64,000 nucleotides of DNA, from NCBI RefSeq assembly GCF_000315625.1, contig NW_005434574.1, forward strand, positions 71,214-135,213, read 5' to 3'. The notes under the pieces were generated by a model. The model saw nothing but the letters and a program-made list of their open reading frames with translations. It did no database searches and was not told the origin of the DNA. The translations under genes and the position numbers were made by a program. Source of the stretch: Guillardia theta CCMP2712 (taxonomy: Eukaryota > Protista > Cryptophyta). The number at the start of each line of letters is the position of its first letter. Position 1 is the stretch's first letter. Below are positions 25,230 through 35,482 of this stretch, piece by piece.

Positions 25230-25610
25230 CTGACGGTGGCCAGCCGGAAGGGGTGGAGGAGGAAGGGAGGATCTGCCGGAAGGGGTGGAGGAGGAAGGGA
25301 AGGGGTGGAGGAGGAGGGAGGATCTGCCGGAAGGGGTGGAGGAGGTGTGAGGTATCGAAGGGGTGAGTAGAGCAGGGAGGGAGGGAGGAACTCCCTGAAT
25401 GGGTAGAAGAGGAAAGGAAGAACTCCCGAATGGGTGGAAGAGGTGTGAGGTATCGAAGGAGCGGAGCGAGGATCTCAGAGTCTGCCGATCTGCCGGAAGG
25501 GGTGGAGGAGGGAGGGAGGATCTGCCGGAAGGGTGGAGGAGGGAGGGAGGATCTGCCGGAAGGGTGGAGGAGGAAGGGAGGATCTGCCGGAAGGGTGGAG
25601 GAGGAAGGAG
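25230..25610. repeat. ~31-bp purine-rich minisatellite (ggatctgccggaagggtggaggagggaggga)
   Basis: At least six copies of ctgccggaagg(g)gtggagga visible. Confidence 0.85.
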
Positions 25611-26760
25611 GCTCAAAGGGAGGCTAGAAGGAGGGCTAGAGGGAGGAACTACTGCTGGAGCTACTGAAGCTGCTACTGAAGGAACTACCGGAAGGAAACT
25701 GAGACGACTGAGGGAGGGCTACAGGAGCGGACCTACAGGAGCGGACGGACCTACCTGGTCGGAAATGACCAGATCCCTGCGACATCCGCCGTTGAATTTC
25801 TTACGGCTTACAGGGAGGGGGTGGGGTACTGCACGGTCAGCATCCGAGCAGGTGGGGTGGGGGTGGATACTTAAGTTTGGTTCGCTGACATGATGACGGG
25901 AGTACCGGTCTTAACTTTTACTCATCATCTCTTCCCGGCCTCTTCCTCGAGGAGTCGTCTCACTGCTCACCGTCAGTGATCGGACGGCCCGGTCGGACTG
26001 AGCCCGGCCCGCGGCCGCGCCCCCCGGCCCATCGAGTCTGAGTGAATGAGTGAGTGAGAGTTGAACAATCAGTACGCTGTCGCCGCACTTCCAGTGACGC
26101 CCGGCCCGGGCCCGCGGGCCGAGCCACTGGCCTTGCTGAGCCGCTGAGTGAAAATAGGCTTCCGGGAAGCAACCAGGCGGCGCCAATCACGTCGGACTTG
26201 CCGCCGCGCTGAGGGCCGGGCGGCCCGTGCACTGCACCCGGCACTGCGCATGACAGTGCGATCGGCCCGAACTTGTGCCTTGACTCAGTGAACTGGAACC
26301 GTACTGCAACCGAGCAAACCGGGACCAAGTACCGCAGCCCGTCACCTGCTCAGGCTAACTTGGAACGATCGCTCCGAGGCTCCTCAGGGCCTTCAGCCAA
26401 CGTGCAGGACTCGAATAGTATACTGAGGGCCTATGTGAGGCCTTACAGCAGCAGATATTAACAGACAAGACATGCAAAGAGCAATCATCTGGCAAATACA
26501 AACAAACAATGCAGGAAATACAAACAAACAATACAAACGATGCAAGAAGAACGAACTCGTAAGGTCAGGCAGCGACAGCGAGGAAGGATGTCCGATCGAC
26601 GGAAGAAGGATGTCGGAGGGAGCACAAGATGCAGGTCCTGTCGTCTCAGTTTCTCCTCCATCTTCAGTACCCGCTGACGCCCATATCTAGCTCAGCATCA
26701 GATCTTCTTGCAGACCCCTGCAGAAACAGTCAGCAGGCTGGCTCTTAGCAAGCTCAGAAG

Positions 26761-28731
26761 CTACCACGGAAGGAACAGCTTCCTCTGCTCATCATAGACA
26801 TAGCAGAACGCGTTGCCGGGCTTGGCACATTCATCCTGATAGCTGCAGACCCACACCTCGTACTTCCGCGCGATCATCAAGTTTCCTAGTCCCCCCGACC
26901 TGAAGCTTTTGACCCTTGCGCGCTGCCCTTGGTTGACTTGATCCCACGTGTAGAGCATTCGGCAGGTGATGTAAGCCGGGTAAACTGCCCACACTTGCAT
27001 TGGCTCCTCAGGACCTGATTCAAGCGGCGAAGCGCCTGCTGGAGTCGTGGTGGGCATGGAGGTTGTCGTGGGAAAGGAGGTTGTCGTGGTAGGAAAGGGA
27101 GTCGTCGTGGTAGGAAAGGGGGTCGTAGTGGTAGGAATGGAGGTCGTTGCGGGAGGGCTGCATGCCACTGTGACAGAATCGGTGTAGAGCTGGGCGACCT
27201 GGGAGGGAGTCAGAACTCCATCGTAAACCCGAAAGTCGTCAAGACCGCCGTCCGTCTTCCCGTCTCCTGACCAGTGCGAACGAGCGAGGTACCATCCTCT
27301 CTGTGCCACGTTTGACACTGAGTAGAGCCTGTCTGTCTCACAGGCATCACACACCAGTACATTGTCAACCCAGATGAACCACTTGTTTGCCAATGCGCTC
27401 CCATCATCAGGGTAGATTGAGATCACGAACTGATGCCAGATCGAGATCATGTAATTGTAGTAGCTGTCGACGATGACATTGCTTGCTCCATGGTATGAGT
27501 GCACCTGAAACAGCCTCTGGTCAGTGGCTGGCTCCGGCACTGCCACCAGCCAGTTGTTGTTAGACTGACCCCCCCCGAAGTCGAAGAAGCGAGCATACGA
27601 TCCACTCCCAGCACTCATGTAGCCCCAAAAACTGACAGTAATCCCGCTCGTCTGCTGGATGCTGCCTAAGTCCAGCCGGCTGTCCATTGTCATGTACTGC
27701 TGGGCCCCGCTCGCACTGAAGTGCACGCACCCCTGCCCTCGTTTGCAATTCGCAGCAGAGTCGTGGGTTGCCCCATGGTTGGTAGCGTTGTAGCCATTCC
27801 CGCTGCTGTCCTTCCCCAAGTCGTTAGGGTCATCGAAGGTATACCATACCAGCGGTTGGAATATTTCACGATGATGTGCGCTCCAGTTGAAGCTGAGAGG
27901 CGGGGGTGTTGAAATCAGCCCTGCTGTTGTGGTTGGAGCCGGTGTAGTGGTGGTTCTGAGGGCAGTTGTAGTCTGAGGTTGTGTAGTCGGCGGGGAGAGT
28001 GCAGTTATGATGAAGGAAGTCGTAATGTCGTTGAAGTTATAGTCTACCAGGCATAAAACGTCGGAGGTGAGGGTCAGGGTTCTGCCCTTGTACTCATGCT
28101 CAAAGAGCTCGACTTGAAGACCTGATGGTATCTTGATAGAGCTGAGAACATCGTTGGATATGCCCATCTGATCTAAGTTGTAGCTTCCTGGTCCAAGTGT
28201 GCTACTCGAGCCAAGGTACCAGCAATCAACATAGAACGTTGCTTTCTTGACAGGGGTAGGCGAGGGGGGAGGTGGTACAGGTGCAGGTGTAGTAGTGACT
28301 TTGACTCTCTCGACATCACATCCAGCTTCGTTCTGACATGCTCTCACGTTTGAATCCCAACGAGCGAATGGCGGCCAAGACGAATGATAGCAAGTCAAGT
28401 TATTTCCTGTCAGGTCCAAGACACTCAGTGACGATAATCCAGCGAAGGCCTTTGACGAAATACAAGTGAGATTGTTGTCTGAGAGATACAGTTGCTGCAA
28501 ACCCGAGAGCCCGTCGAAGGTTCCATTGAGTATGTTCTGAATTCCTCGGCTCTGCATGGGTAGTGAACTGCAGCTGCCCGCGCAGCTTCCCTCTCTCGTG
28601 AGCAACCCTGCATCTGAGACGTGAAACAAGCAGCCTCCGCAGCTCCTGTTGCTCGCTCCCTCGGCCTGTCCCATCAGGCCTCCTACAGCAACTCCCAGCA
28701 CTAGCACGCACAATCCTTGCCGCCCCTGCAT
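26761..28731 (-). CDS. Secreted mosaic protein: signal peptide, LRRs, beta/gamma-crystallin domain, LamG/ConA-like domain, Pro/Thr linkers
   Basis: LQQLYLSDNNLTCISSKAFAGLSSLSVLDLTGNNL (LRR); NDVLSSIKIPSGLQVELFEH..KG...FNDITTS (crystallin); WYTFDD...DSSGNG...LDDFRVYDGVLTPSQVAQLY (LamG); intronless. Confidence 0.85.
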   Translation of the reverse strand: MQGRQGLCVLVLGVAVGGLMGQAEGASNRSCGGCLFHVSDAGLLTREGSCAGSCSSLPMQSRGIQNILNGTFDGLSGLQQLYLSDNNLTCISSKAFAGLSSLSVLDLTGNNLTCYHSSWPPFARWDSNVRACQNEAGCDVERVKVTTTPAPVPPPPSPTPVKKATFYVDCWYLGSSSTLGPGSYNLDQMGISNDVLSSIKIPSGLQVELFEHEYKGRTLTLTSDVLCLVDYNFNDITTSFIITALSPPTTQPQTTTALRTTTTPAPTTTAGLISTPPPLSFNWSAHHREIFQPLVWYTFDDPNDLGKDSSGNGYNATNHGATHDSAANCKRGQGCVHFSASGAQQYMTMDSRLDLGSIQQTSGITVSFWGYMSAGSGSYARFFDFGGGQSNNNWLVAVPEPATDQRLFQVHSYHGASNVIVDSYYNYMISIWHQFVISIYPDDGSALANKWFIWVDNVLVCDACETDRLYSVSNVAQRGWYLARSHWSGDGKTDGGLDDFRVYDGVLTPSQVAQLYTDSVTVACSPPATTSIPTTTTPFPTTTTPFPTTTTSFPTTTSMPTTTPAGASPLESGPEEPMQVWAVYPAYITCRMLYTWDQVNQGQRARVKSFRSGGLGNLMIARKYEVWVCSYQDECAKPGNAFCYVYDEQRKLFLPW

Positions 28732-30172
28732 GGTCTCCCAGCACAAGGCCCCTCCTTTTGACCACGGGTACTTTTATCATTCATTAGCCACCACCGGTAC
28801 GGTCAAAGTGTGCAGTCCTAGCTAGAACACTGAGTGACCGAAACAAAGTAGCAGGCAAAGTACCGGTCCTTACTTCCCCTGATACGTCACTAGTAGTATC
28901 GCACTCGGCCGGCGGCCGACTTGGTAACACAGTCCCCGGCCCTGGCGGCTGAGGGCCCCGGGCCCCGGCCGGGACTCGGGCCCCGGAGGCCCGCCGGGCC
29001 CTCGCAAGGCTTGCCTGCCTGCCGGCGAGTCGGAATCCGATCGCTGAGTGGAGTCCGAGTCCCCGGCCCGCCGGCGCCCCGCCAGCCAGGCCGCAGTGCG
29101 GCGCGGCCAGGATCGGACAGGCCGCTTCACGGTCATTGGAAGTCACTGAGGCTCAGGCTTCAATGTGAAGCCTGAGAGCGGACCGTGCGGCAGCGCCGGC
29201 CGGCACTGTCACAGTGACGGTGTATCATAGTAGCCCATTAGAGTCTTCACGGTTCTGGCAGACTCAAGACGAGCCTCGATCATCAAGTTCGCCGCCGCCG
29301 CCGCGCCCCGGGCCCGGCCGTCACGGAGTCGGAGTCCGCCATAGTCACCGGCCTCAAGCACACTATCGACTGGGAAGGAACACAGACCACCTTAGCAGTC
29401 ATTGTTGACGATTCTTTTATAGTCGAGGGGCAGCCACCAGGGGTGGTGAGGCTCCTCACGCACGAGCGAGCATCCCTCGTGTGTCCGCTTAAATCTGCTG
29501 CCTGCTCCTCCTCGAGGTTCAGCAAATCGTACCAGTACAGGAGACACTCTGTCGCCCAACAGAGGTTGATAGGGACTTCGAGCACTCAATGACATCAAGT
29601 CTGACAAAGTCTTTATGCTCACATTCCATGAAATTTGATAAGAAATCATCCAACTTCACGATTTTATACAAGGTGCATTGGGATCCTAAGTGATTTGGGG
29701 TCTAGAATTCATATTCGAACTCATCGAAATACGTGAGCATGCATCTGTTGGTGTGGAGGTTTCATGCTTTCTGCTGGAGCAGTTGGTCGATTGCAGTCAT
29801 GAGAAATACCACATATAGTATTCTGCACGTGTTCAAAAGGTGATTTGACGAATTTTAGATTCGTTCTTTGCAATGTTGAGCAAATCCCAATATCCGTTCA
29901 TTTGTGTACGGCTGGCACTTGAGAAGAAGCTTGCAGTGATCTATAGAAATATTGAAGAGAATTCTGGAGTGTTGTTTTTTCACAGCACAGGTCAAACTTG
30001 GAGCTCTCTACGTCTAGCTCATGAGAGAGAGTCCTTGTTTGCGCTCCTATCTTTATCCCGCCTCATATATATAGTTTGTTCGTCCTGACTCTGAATCAAG
30101 TCAACATAAGACAATGCAAGTGCGGTGAGGTCAATCGTTGCCTCCCAAGTCAAACTGACTGCCTGTTGCCTT

Positions 30173-30234
30173 GCTCCCTCAGCCTGTCCCATCAGGCCTC
30201 CTACAGCAACTCCCTGCACTAGTAGCACGCACAA
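30173..30234 (-). pseudogene. Near-identical copy of the signal-peptide sequence of the LRR/crystallin/LamG gene, followed by decayed sequence
   Basis: gctccctcagcctgtcccatcaggcctcctacagcaactcc... matches 28654-28713 (GVAVGGLMGQAEGA). Confidence 0.7.
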
Positions 30235-31299
30235 ACTTCACTGGCGGCCGCACTTGCGGCATCGAGAAGCGGACAGGGGTAAGAGCCTCTTCTTGGACCG
30301 GTCCTTGGTACCTCTGTGCAGGGGGGCGAGGACCCCTCCTCTGAGGTATCCGGTTCAGACCGGCGGTTCGCCTAGTGGGCCCCTTGAGCTGTGCCGAGTC
30401 ATGACTGCGACTGTCCTCTCTCACTAATTTTTAACTTAACTCCTAGAGCTCGGGTGATCTGACACTGCGCCGCCCTTTGTCCGGGCCTGCTGCGCCCGGG
30501 CGGACGGCAGTGAACGTCTTTTTTTCCTTTTACTCAACGTTAAGTTAAAAATCAGTACGTGGACAATCTGCCGGAGAGCAGTAGATGATACCGTCAATGA
30601 CAGTTGAGCCGTTGAAGCCGTTGGAACCGTTGAAGAAGCCACTCGGTACCCCTGCTGTCCGGCGATTGGGGAATACCGGTTCTCGAAGGTAGCCTTCGGG
30701 AACCGTCCTCACCACCAGCACCCCAACATGACCCGAGGGGTTCAGCCTACCTTGGGCTCTGAGCACGGGTACTCAAAGAATGATAGCTCCGGTGATTGAA
30801 GGGGGTGGTGCCCAACAGTCTTAGTTGTCGTCACGTGTTATCGCAACATAGGGGTGGCAGGGGCGCTTTGCCATGTATGCCCTAGGACTTGGTGGCTATC
30901 ATCATAAGCAAAGGTAGGGCTGACGTGTATAGGGGGGATAGGGTCCCTGTTAAATTATATGGAGGGGATGCCAAGGAGTTGGTCCTGTAGGGGTGGGGTG
31001 GTAACATCCAAATTCCACGCCGGTAGAAGGGGTGGGGTAGGGATTTATTATTTATTATTATCCCTTTTCGTGCCAACCTACCAGACACGTCCAGCTCGAA
31101 AACAAGGGGGGGGGTGGGCTCGAGGAAGGGGTACTTTGATGGGCCTTGGTTGGGTGGGGTAGAACAGCAAAATTCTGGAGGTTGAGCTAACCTCATCTGA
31201 AGGCCTGCATTTGCGCGTTTTGCATCAAAAGTGACAGGAGAGCAGGAGAGCAGGAGAGCTGCAGAGCTGCAGAGCGTCGCTGGCGGCAGAATGAGAGGC

Positions 31300-33501
31300 A
31301 TGAAGATGTACTGGTTTTCTTGTTGTCTGCTCTTGTTCAGCTCCTACGTCGCTACGCCGGCGCATGCTTCAGTTGCGATAGCAGAAATGAGTACTCCGCA
31401 ACCTTTCGTTTCTTCGTCGTCGAGCACTCCTCTTGCACATTCCTCTTCCAGCACTCCTCCTCATTCATCTTCTTCAAGCACCCCTGCTCCTTCCTCTTCT
31501 TCCAGTGCATCGTTGTCCTCTTCTTCCAGTGCACTTCTACTGTACTCGTCTTCTAGTGCTCTTCCATTGTCCTCTTCTTCTGCTAAAGCTCTTCCTTCAT
31601 CTTCGTCCTCCAGTGCTTCACTAGTTTCATCTTCTTCAAGTACTCCTTACATATCTTTCTCCTCCACTCCCATTCCAACATCTCTGACTACATCTCCCCC
31701 CTCCATCTCATCATCTCCCTCAATGCTATCCTCTGCATACAGTTCCTCTCTTTCCACCATTGCATCCTCTACCTTGACACCATCGCCTACCGCCTTTGTA
31801 TCAGCTGCATCAACTACGCCACAACTCTCGACTGGACCTATGGTACCTGAAATCAGCGTCTCAATCCACGACTCCTCAACGGCTCTACCTGCTTCAACTG
31901 ATTCGATTTCCATCGCGGCCTCTGCTTCTTTCTCTACACCTACACCCTCCACCTGCGGCAACGGAATTCTTGAGCCGACGGAAGGTTGCGATGACGGAAA
32001 CACTTTCAACAATGATGGATGCAGCTCCACGTGTACAGTTGAGGCCTACTGGACATGCAGCAGCCAAGAAGGTGCAACCTCGGTGTGCAGCATGCTAGTA
32101 ATCCCCAAGTGGACGGGGTTGTCAGTTCTGAGTGGGACAAACTATGCGGGAATGACAAACGAGCTTGCTGTCCTGGTTTCCTCCAACTTCCCTCTCAGGA
32201 TCGGGAGCAACTTCTCCATCGTAGGCCTCAACGTCTCCATTGATGGCAACTCTCAATTCGTCTCTGTGTCAGGCAAAGACATCTCGCCGCAGGCCGTCTG
32301 GACCGCGAGCGAGGGGCGGCTGACCCTGTTTGTTACGAGCAATGTCAATGCTGTCTCCTTCACAGTGAAGGTACAGAACCCGTCCTACTCTCGAGACCCC
32401 ATCCTACTAGGAGCCGAGTGCTTCGGCTGCGTAAGCTTCGCTCCTTCCTACATTGTCTACAATGGCTCGCTTGGGAGCGGGCTGGCAACAACATTGCTTC
32501 CTCCCAGCACCTGCGGGAAGAACGCCGATGGAGTGGCTTTGTACGGCTCATCATGTCAGTACACGTGTTATGGAGTCGTCTCGGGCGAGTTCTGCGTGTG
32601 CATGTCTGGACAGTTCGGCCCGGGCTGCTCGCAGACGTTAGGGGCGCCGACTCAGAGCCTCACGATGACGGTTTCGCCGGACCAGGAGACATCGATCCAG
32701 GGGTCAGGTGGGCTTTCTGTCAGTCTGCCAGCTGGGGCCCTAGCGAGCTCTCAGCCAATCAGCGTTTCGGTGTATAACGTCTCGAATCTGGACCTGAGCA
32801 AAGGGAGTTCGCAGACGCTTGTCGCAGCTGGACCAGTCATTGTCTTCTCTCCAGCTGGGCTCAAGTTTAACAAGTACATCACCATCAACATTCCTTACGA
32901 ACCCAGCCGGATAACAGCTGGGCTGGAGCCGTACGTGTTCTACTACAATGCGATGGCGGCAGACCCATGGGAGCGGCAGATTTCGACGGCGAAACCAACG
33001 GCTTCTCCTCCTGTGCTCGAGGCTCAAATCAACCACTTCTCTGGATTTGTACCCCTCGGAGCCCCTCCTCCTCCCACCACAACGACAACGACGACTCCTG
33101 CTACAACAAGCCCTCCATCCTCTCCTCCCGGGTCAGTCGTGATCGGACAATCGACATCGCCGACAGCTCAGTCACCTTCGTCTTCCCCTGCTGATTCAGC
33201 GTCTACACCCGTTCCAGATTCTTCAGGTGGTGGGAGCTCGGTGGTTGCCATCGCTGCTGGGGTAGCTGGAGCTGCCGGAGCGGCGGTCCTTGTGTGCTGC
33301 CTGCTCTGGCTGCTGAGGAAGAGAAAGACGAGGAGGGTTGACAATGATGCTGAGGAACTGCTCATCAGACCTTATCCTGGGGACGCGAGGCAGCCAAGCC
33401 ATGTGATAGTTCCAATATCCGATGAGGCGCAGCAGGAAGAGCATCCCTTCGAGAGGAAAGAGGAAGGGGACTCAACATCTGACTCGCGGCAGGCATGGTG
33501 A
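31300..33501 (+). CDS. Type I membrane protein: Ser-rich mucin-like stalk, Myxococcus Cys-rich repeat, EGF-like, ZU5 domain, TM helix, short cytoplasmic tail
   Basis: Signal MKMYWFSCCLLLFSS; CGNGILEPTEGCDDGNTFNNDGCSSTC; GLSVSLPAGAL...GPVIVFSPAGLKF...IPY...WE...INHFS; TM followed by RKRK. Confidence 0.85.
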   Translation: MKMYWFSCCLLLFSSYVATPAHASVAIAEMSTPQPFVSSSSSTPLAHSSSSTPPHSSSSSTPAPSSSSSASLSSSSSALLLYSSSSALPLSSSSAKALPSSSSSSASLVSSSSSTPYISFSSTPIPTSLTTSPPSISSSPSMLSSAYSSSLSTIASSTLTPSPTAFVSAASTTPQLSTGPMVPEISVSIHDSSTALPASTDSISIAASASFSTPTPSTCGNGILEPTEGCDDGNTFNNDGCSSTCTVEAYWTCSSQEGATSVCSMLVIPKWTGLSVLSGTNYAGMTNELAVLVSSNFPLRIGSNFSIVGLNVSIDGNSQFVSVSGKDISPQAVWTASEGRLTLFVTSNVNAVSFTVKVQNPSYSRDPILLGAECFGCVSFAPSYIVYNGSLGSGLATTLLPPSTCGKNADGVALYGSSCQYTCYGVVSGEFCVCMSGQFGPGCSQTLGAPTQSLTMTVSPDQETSIQGSGGLSVSLPAGALASSQPISVSVYNVSNLDLSKGSSQTLVAAGPVIVFSPAGLKFNKYITINIPYEPSRITAGLEPYVFYYNAMAADPWERQISTAKPTASPPVLEAQINHFSGFVPLGAPPPPTTTTTTTPATTSPPSSPPGSVVIGQSTSPTAQSPSSSPADSASTPVPDSSGGGSSVVAIAAGVAGAAGAAVLVCCLLWLLRKRKTRRVDNDAEELLIRPYPGDARQPSHVIVPISDEAQQEEHPFERKEEGDSTSDSRQAW

Positions 33502-33989
33502 AGGCATCAAGGCCTTACAGACGTATAGTTTGCTTCTGATTGTCAGTTTCTCGGCAGATGTACTATTGCATCAAGTAAGAAAGGTGAAGCGTGTGGGTAG
33601 GTGAAGTTCCAGTATGTTCATCAGGTTTGTAAGGAGCTTCACTCCTAATTTTCAATATGCTAAAGAGGTTGTAAAATTATTTGAAAAGGTTGTAAAATCA
33701 AAGATTGAAAGCCTGCAGGTGTTTTTCTCCTCACATAGTGATAACTCTTCTTGCCTTTCTCTGTCATTCACACCTTGTTCATTCTTTACATTAGCGAGAG
33801 CGACTGCCTGTCAGCTTGTCGAATCACAGCAACTTTTCATCTTGAAGATCAAGATCCTGACACGAAGTCGTAAACACAGGTGCTCCTGCTTCTACAAGAG
33901 TTGGAACCGAAAGCAAGCATAAATCTGTTTCATCACTAGTTCTTTTCTTGACAGACTCATCCCACCGTCAGTCTGTATACTATGTTCCC

Positions 33990-34910
33990 CCCTCCTTCCT
34001 TTTGCTCCCTCCCCCTCCCTTCCATCTGGTTTTTGCTCAATTCTCCCTTTCCATCTCTCCCCTCTCCCTTCGTCATTTATCCCTCTCTCTTTTTCACCCT
34101 CCCGTCCCAACCCCCCCTTCTCCTTCCTCCCTCTCCTTTCTTGTAGATCAGAGTTTAATCAAAGTCAGGATCCCACCCTGCTCTACAATTCTCCCTCCCT
34201 CTCCCTTCCCCTCCCTCCCTTCCCTCCCTCCCTTCCCTTCCTTCCTCCCCTCCTTCCCTTCCTTCCTCCCCTCCCTCCCTCCCTTCCCTCCCTCCCTCCT
34301 TCCCTCCCCTCTCCTACCCTCTCGCCCCTCCCTCTCTCCCTTCAACTTTGCCCTTCTACATCTCCTGCCTACCATGAATTCGTTTGGTTTTTCCCCTTTC
34401 CACCTACGTCTGCCTTATAACCCTCCCCTGCCTTTCCTTCCTTCTTTTCCTCCTCATCTAATTGTTCCTTTCCCAACCTGCGCATCTCCCTTACCCTTCT
34501 TTCCTTCCCGTACCTCCCTCTCTCCCCTCACCTTCCTTGCACCTTCCCTGCTATCTCTCAATCACTGCGGCACAACACCGCATTTGCTCTTCCTCCTTCC
34601 CGAGGGTTGTGTGTACAACAATGACCTTCCATATCACTTTTTTCAACCTCTCCAACTCTTTGACTGCCTCCTCCCTTTCACCCTCACGTCCCTCCTCCCT
34701 TTCACCCTCACGTCCCTCCTACTCTCACCTATTTTCCCATCGTCCTCTCCCCTGTATATTATCTTTCTCTTCCTAACTTAGGGACCTACTCTCACCATCC
34801 CCTCCTCTACATCTCTCCCCTCCTTCCCTTGGCTTCCCTGCGCTCCCGTCTCCTCCCCTTCCTCCCTCCTCCCTCTCTCTCCCTCCCTCCTCTCCGTCTC
34901 TTCGCATTTC
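33990..34910. repeat. C/T-rich low-complexity tract
   Basis: (CCCT)n/(CCTT)n runs. Confidence 0.8.
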
Positions 34911-35482
34911 TCTTTTGCCAAAAGTTGCTACCAGCCTCGCCAAAAGTTGCTACCACGAAGTACGTTACAGTGTAACTGAAACAGTTACATGTATCGCCAT
35001 ATGTACTCGTAGGAGGACCTAGGAGGGTCCCTAGCGAATAAAGAAGTTCGGAGGCCTGGCTCCCGCAGTGAAATAGATGGGGTACTTATGAAGACAAAGG
35101 ACCGGGTGGTGAAGCTACCAGTTTCTTAGGGGGTCCTAGGAACTCGGCCGGTATGCTGGGCAGTTGCTACCGTGAGAAAAATTGTTTATTTTCCGGAAGG
35201 AAGTCTTTTTCTCACGGAATATTTCAATTTTGTATATAAATTTCGTTCTTATTTGTTTAAAGTTGAAACAAACCGAGAAAATTGCAGACGATCTTTGAAC
35301 CTTTTCCGTACCGTCCCCTGAATCGGAGGGCAGCGGTAAATGTCCCATCGGAAGGGTTCTTAGGCTAGAAGTAGGCTATTTCACAATAACTTAACTTAAT
35401 TTTTCCGACAAAGTGACTAACACCAAGTGCAATTAGCCAAGATGTTGGTTATTTCCCATCCGAACGGGCTGTCGCGCCGACA

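Noticed and set aside
25230-25610. Regularly repeated ~31-bp unit, superficially CRISPR-like
   Set aside because: No unique spacers, purine-rich tandem minisatellite, eukaryotic context, no cas genes
33948-34781. 277-aa Pro/Ser/Leu/Phe ORF
   Set aside because: Translation of C/T low-complexity DNA
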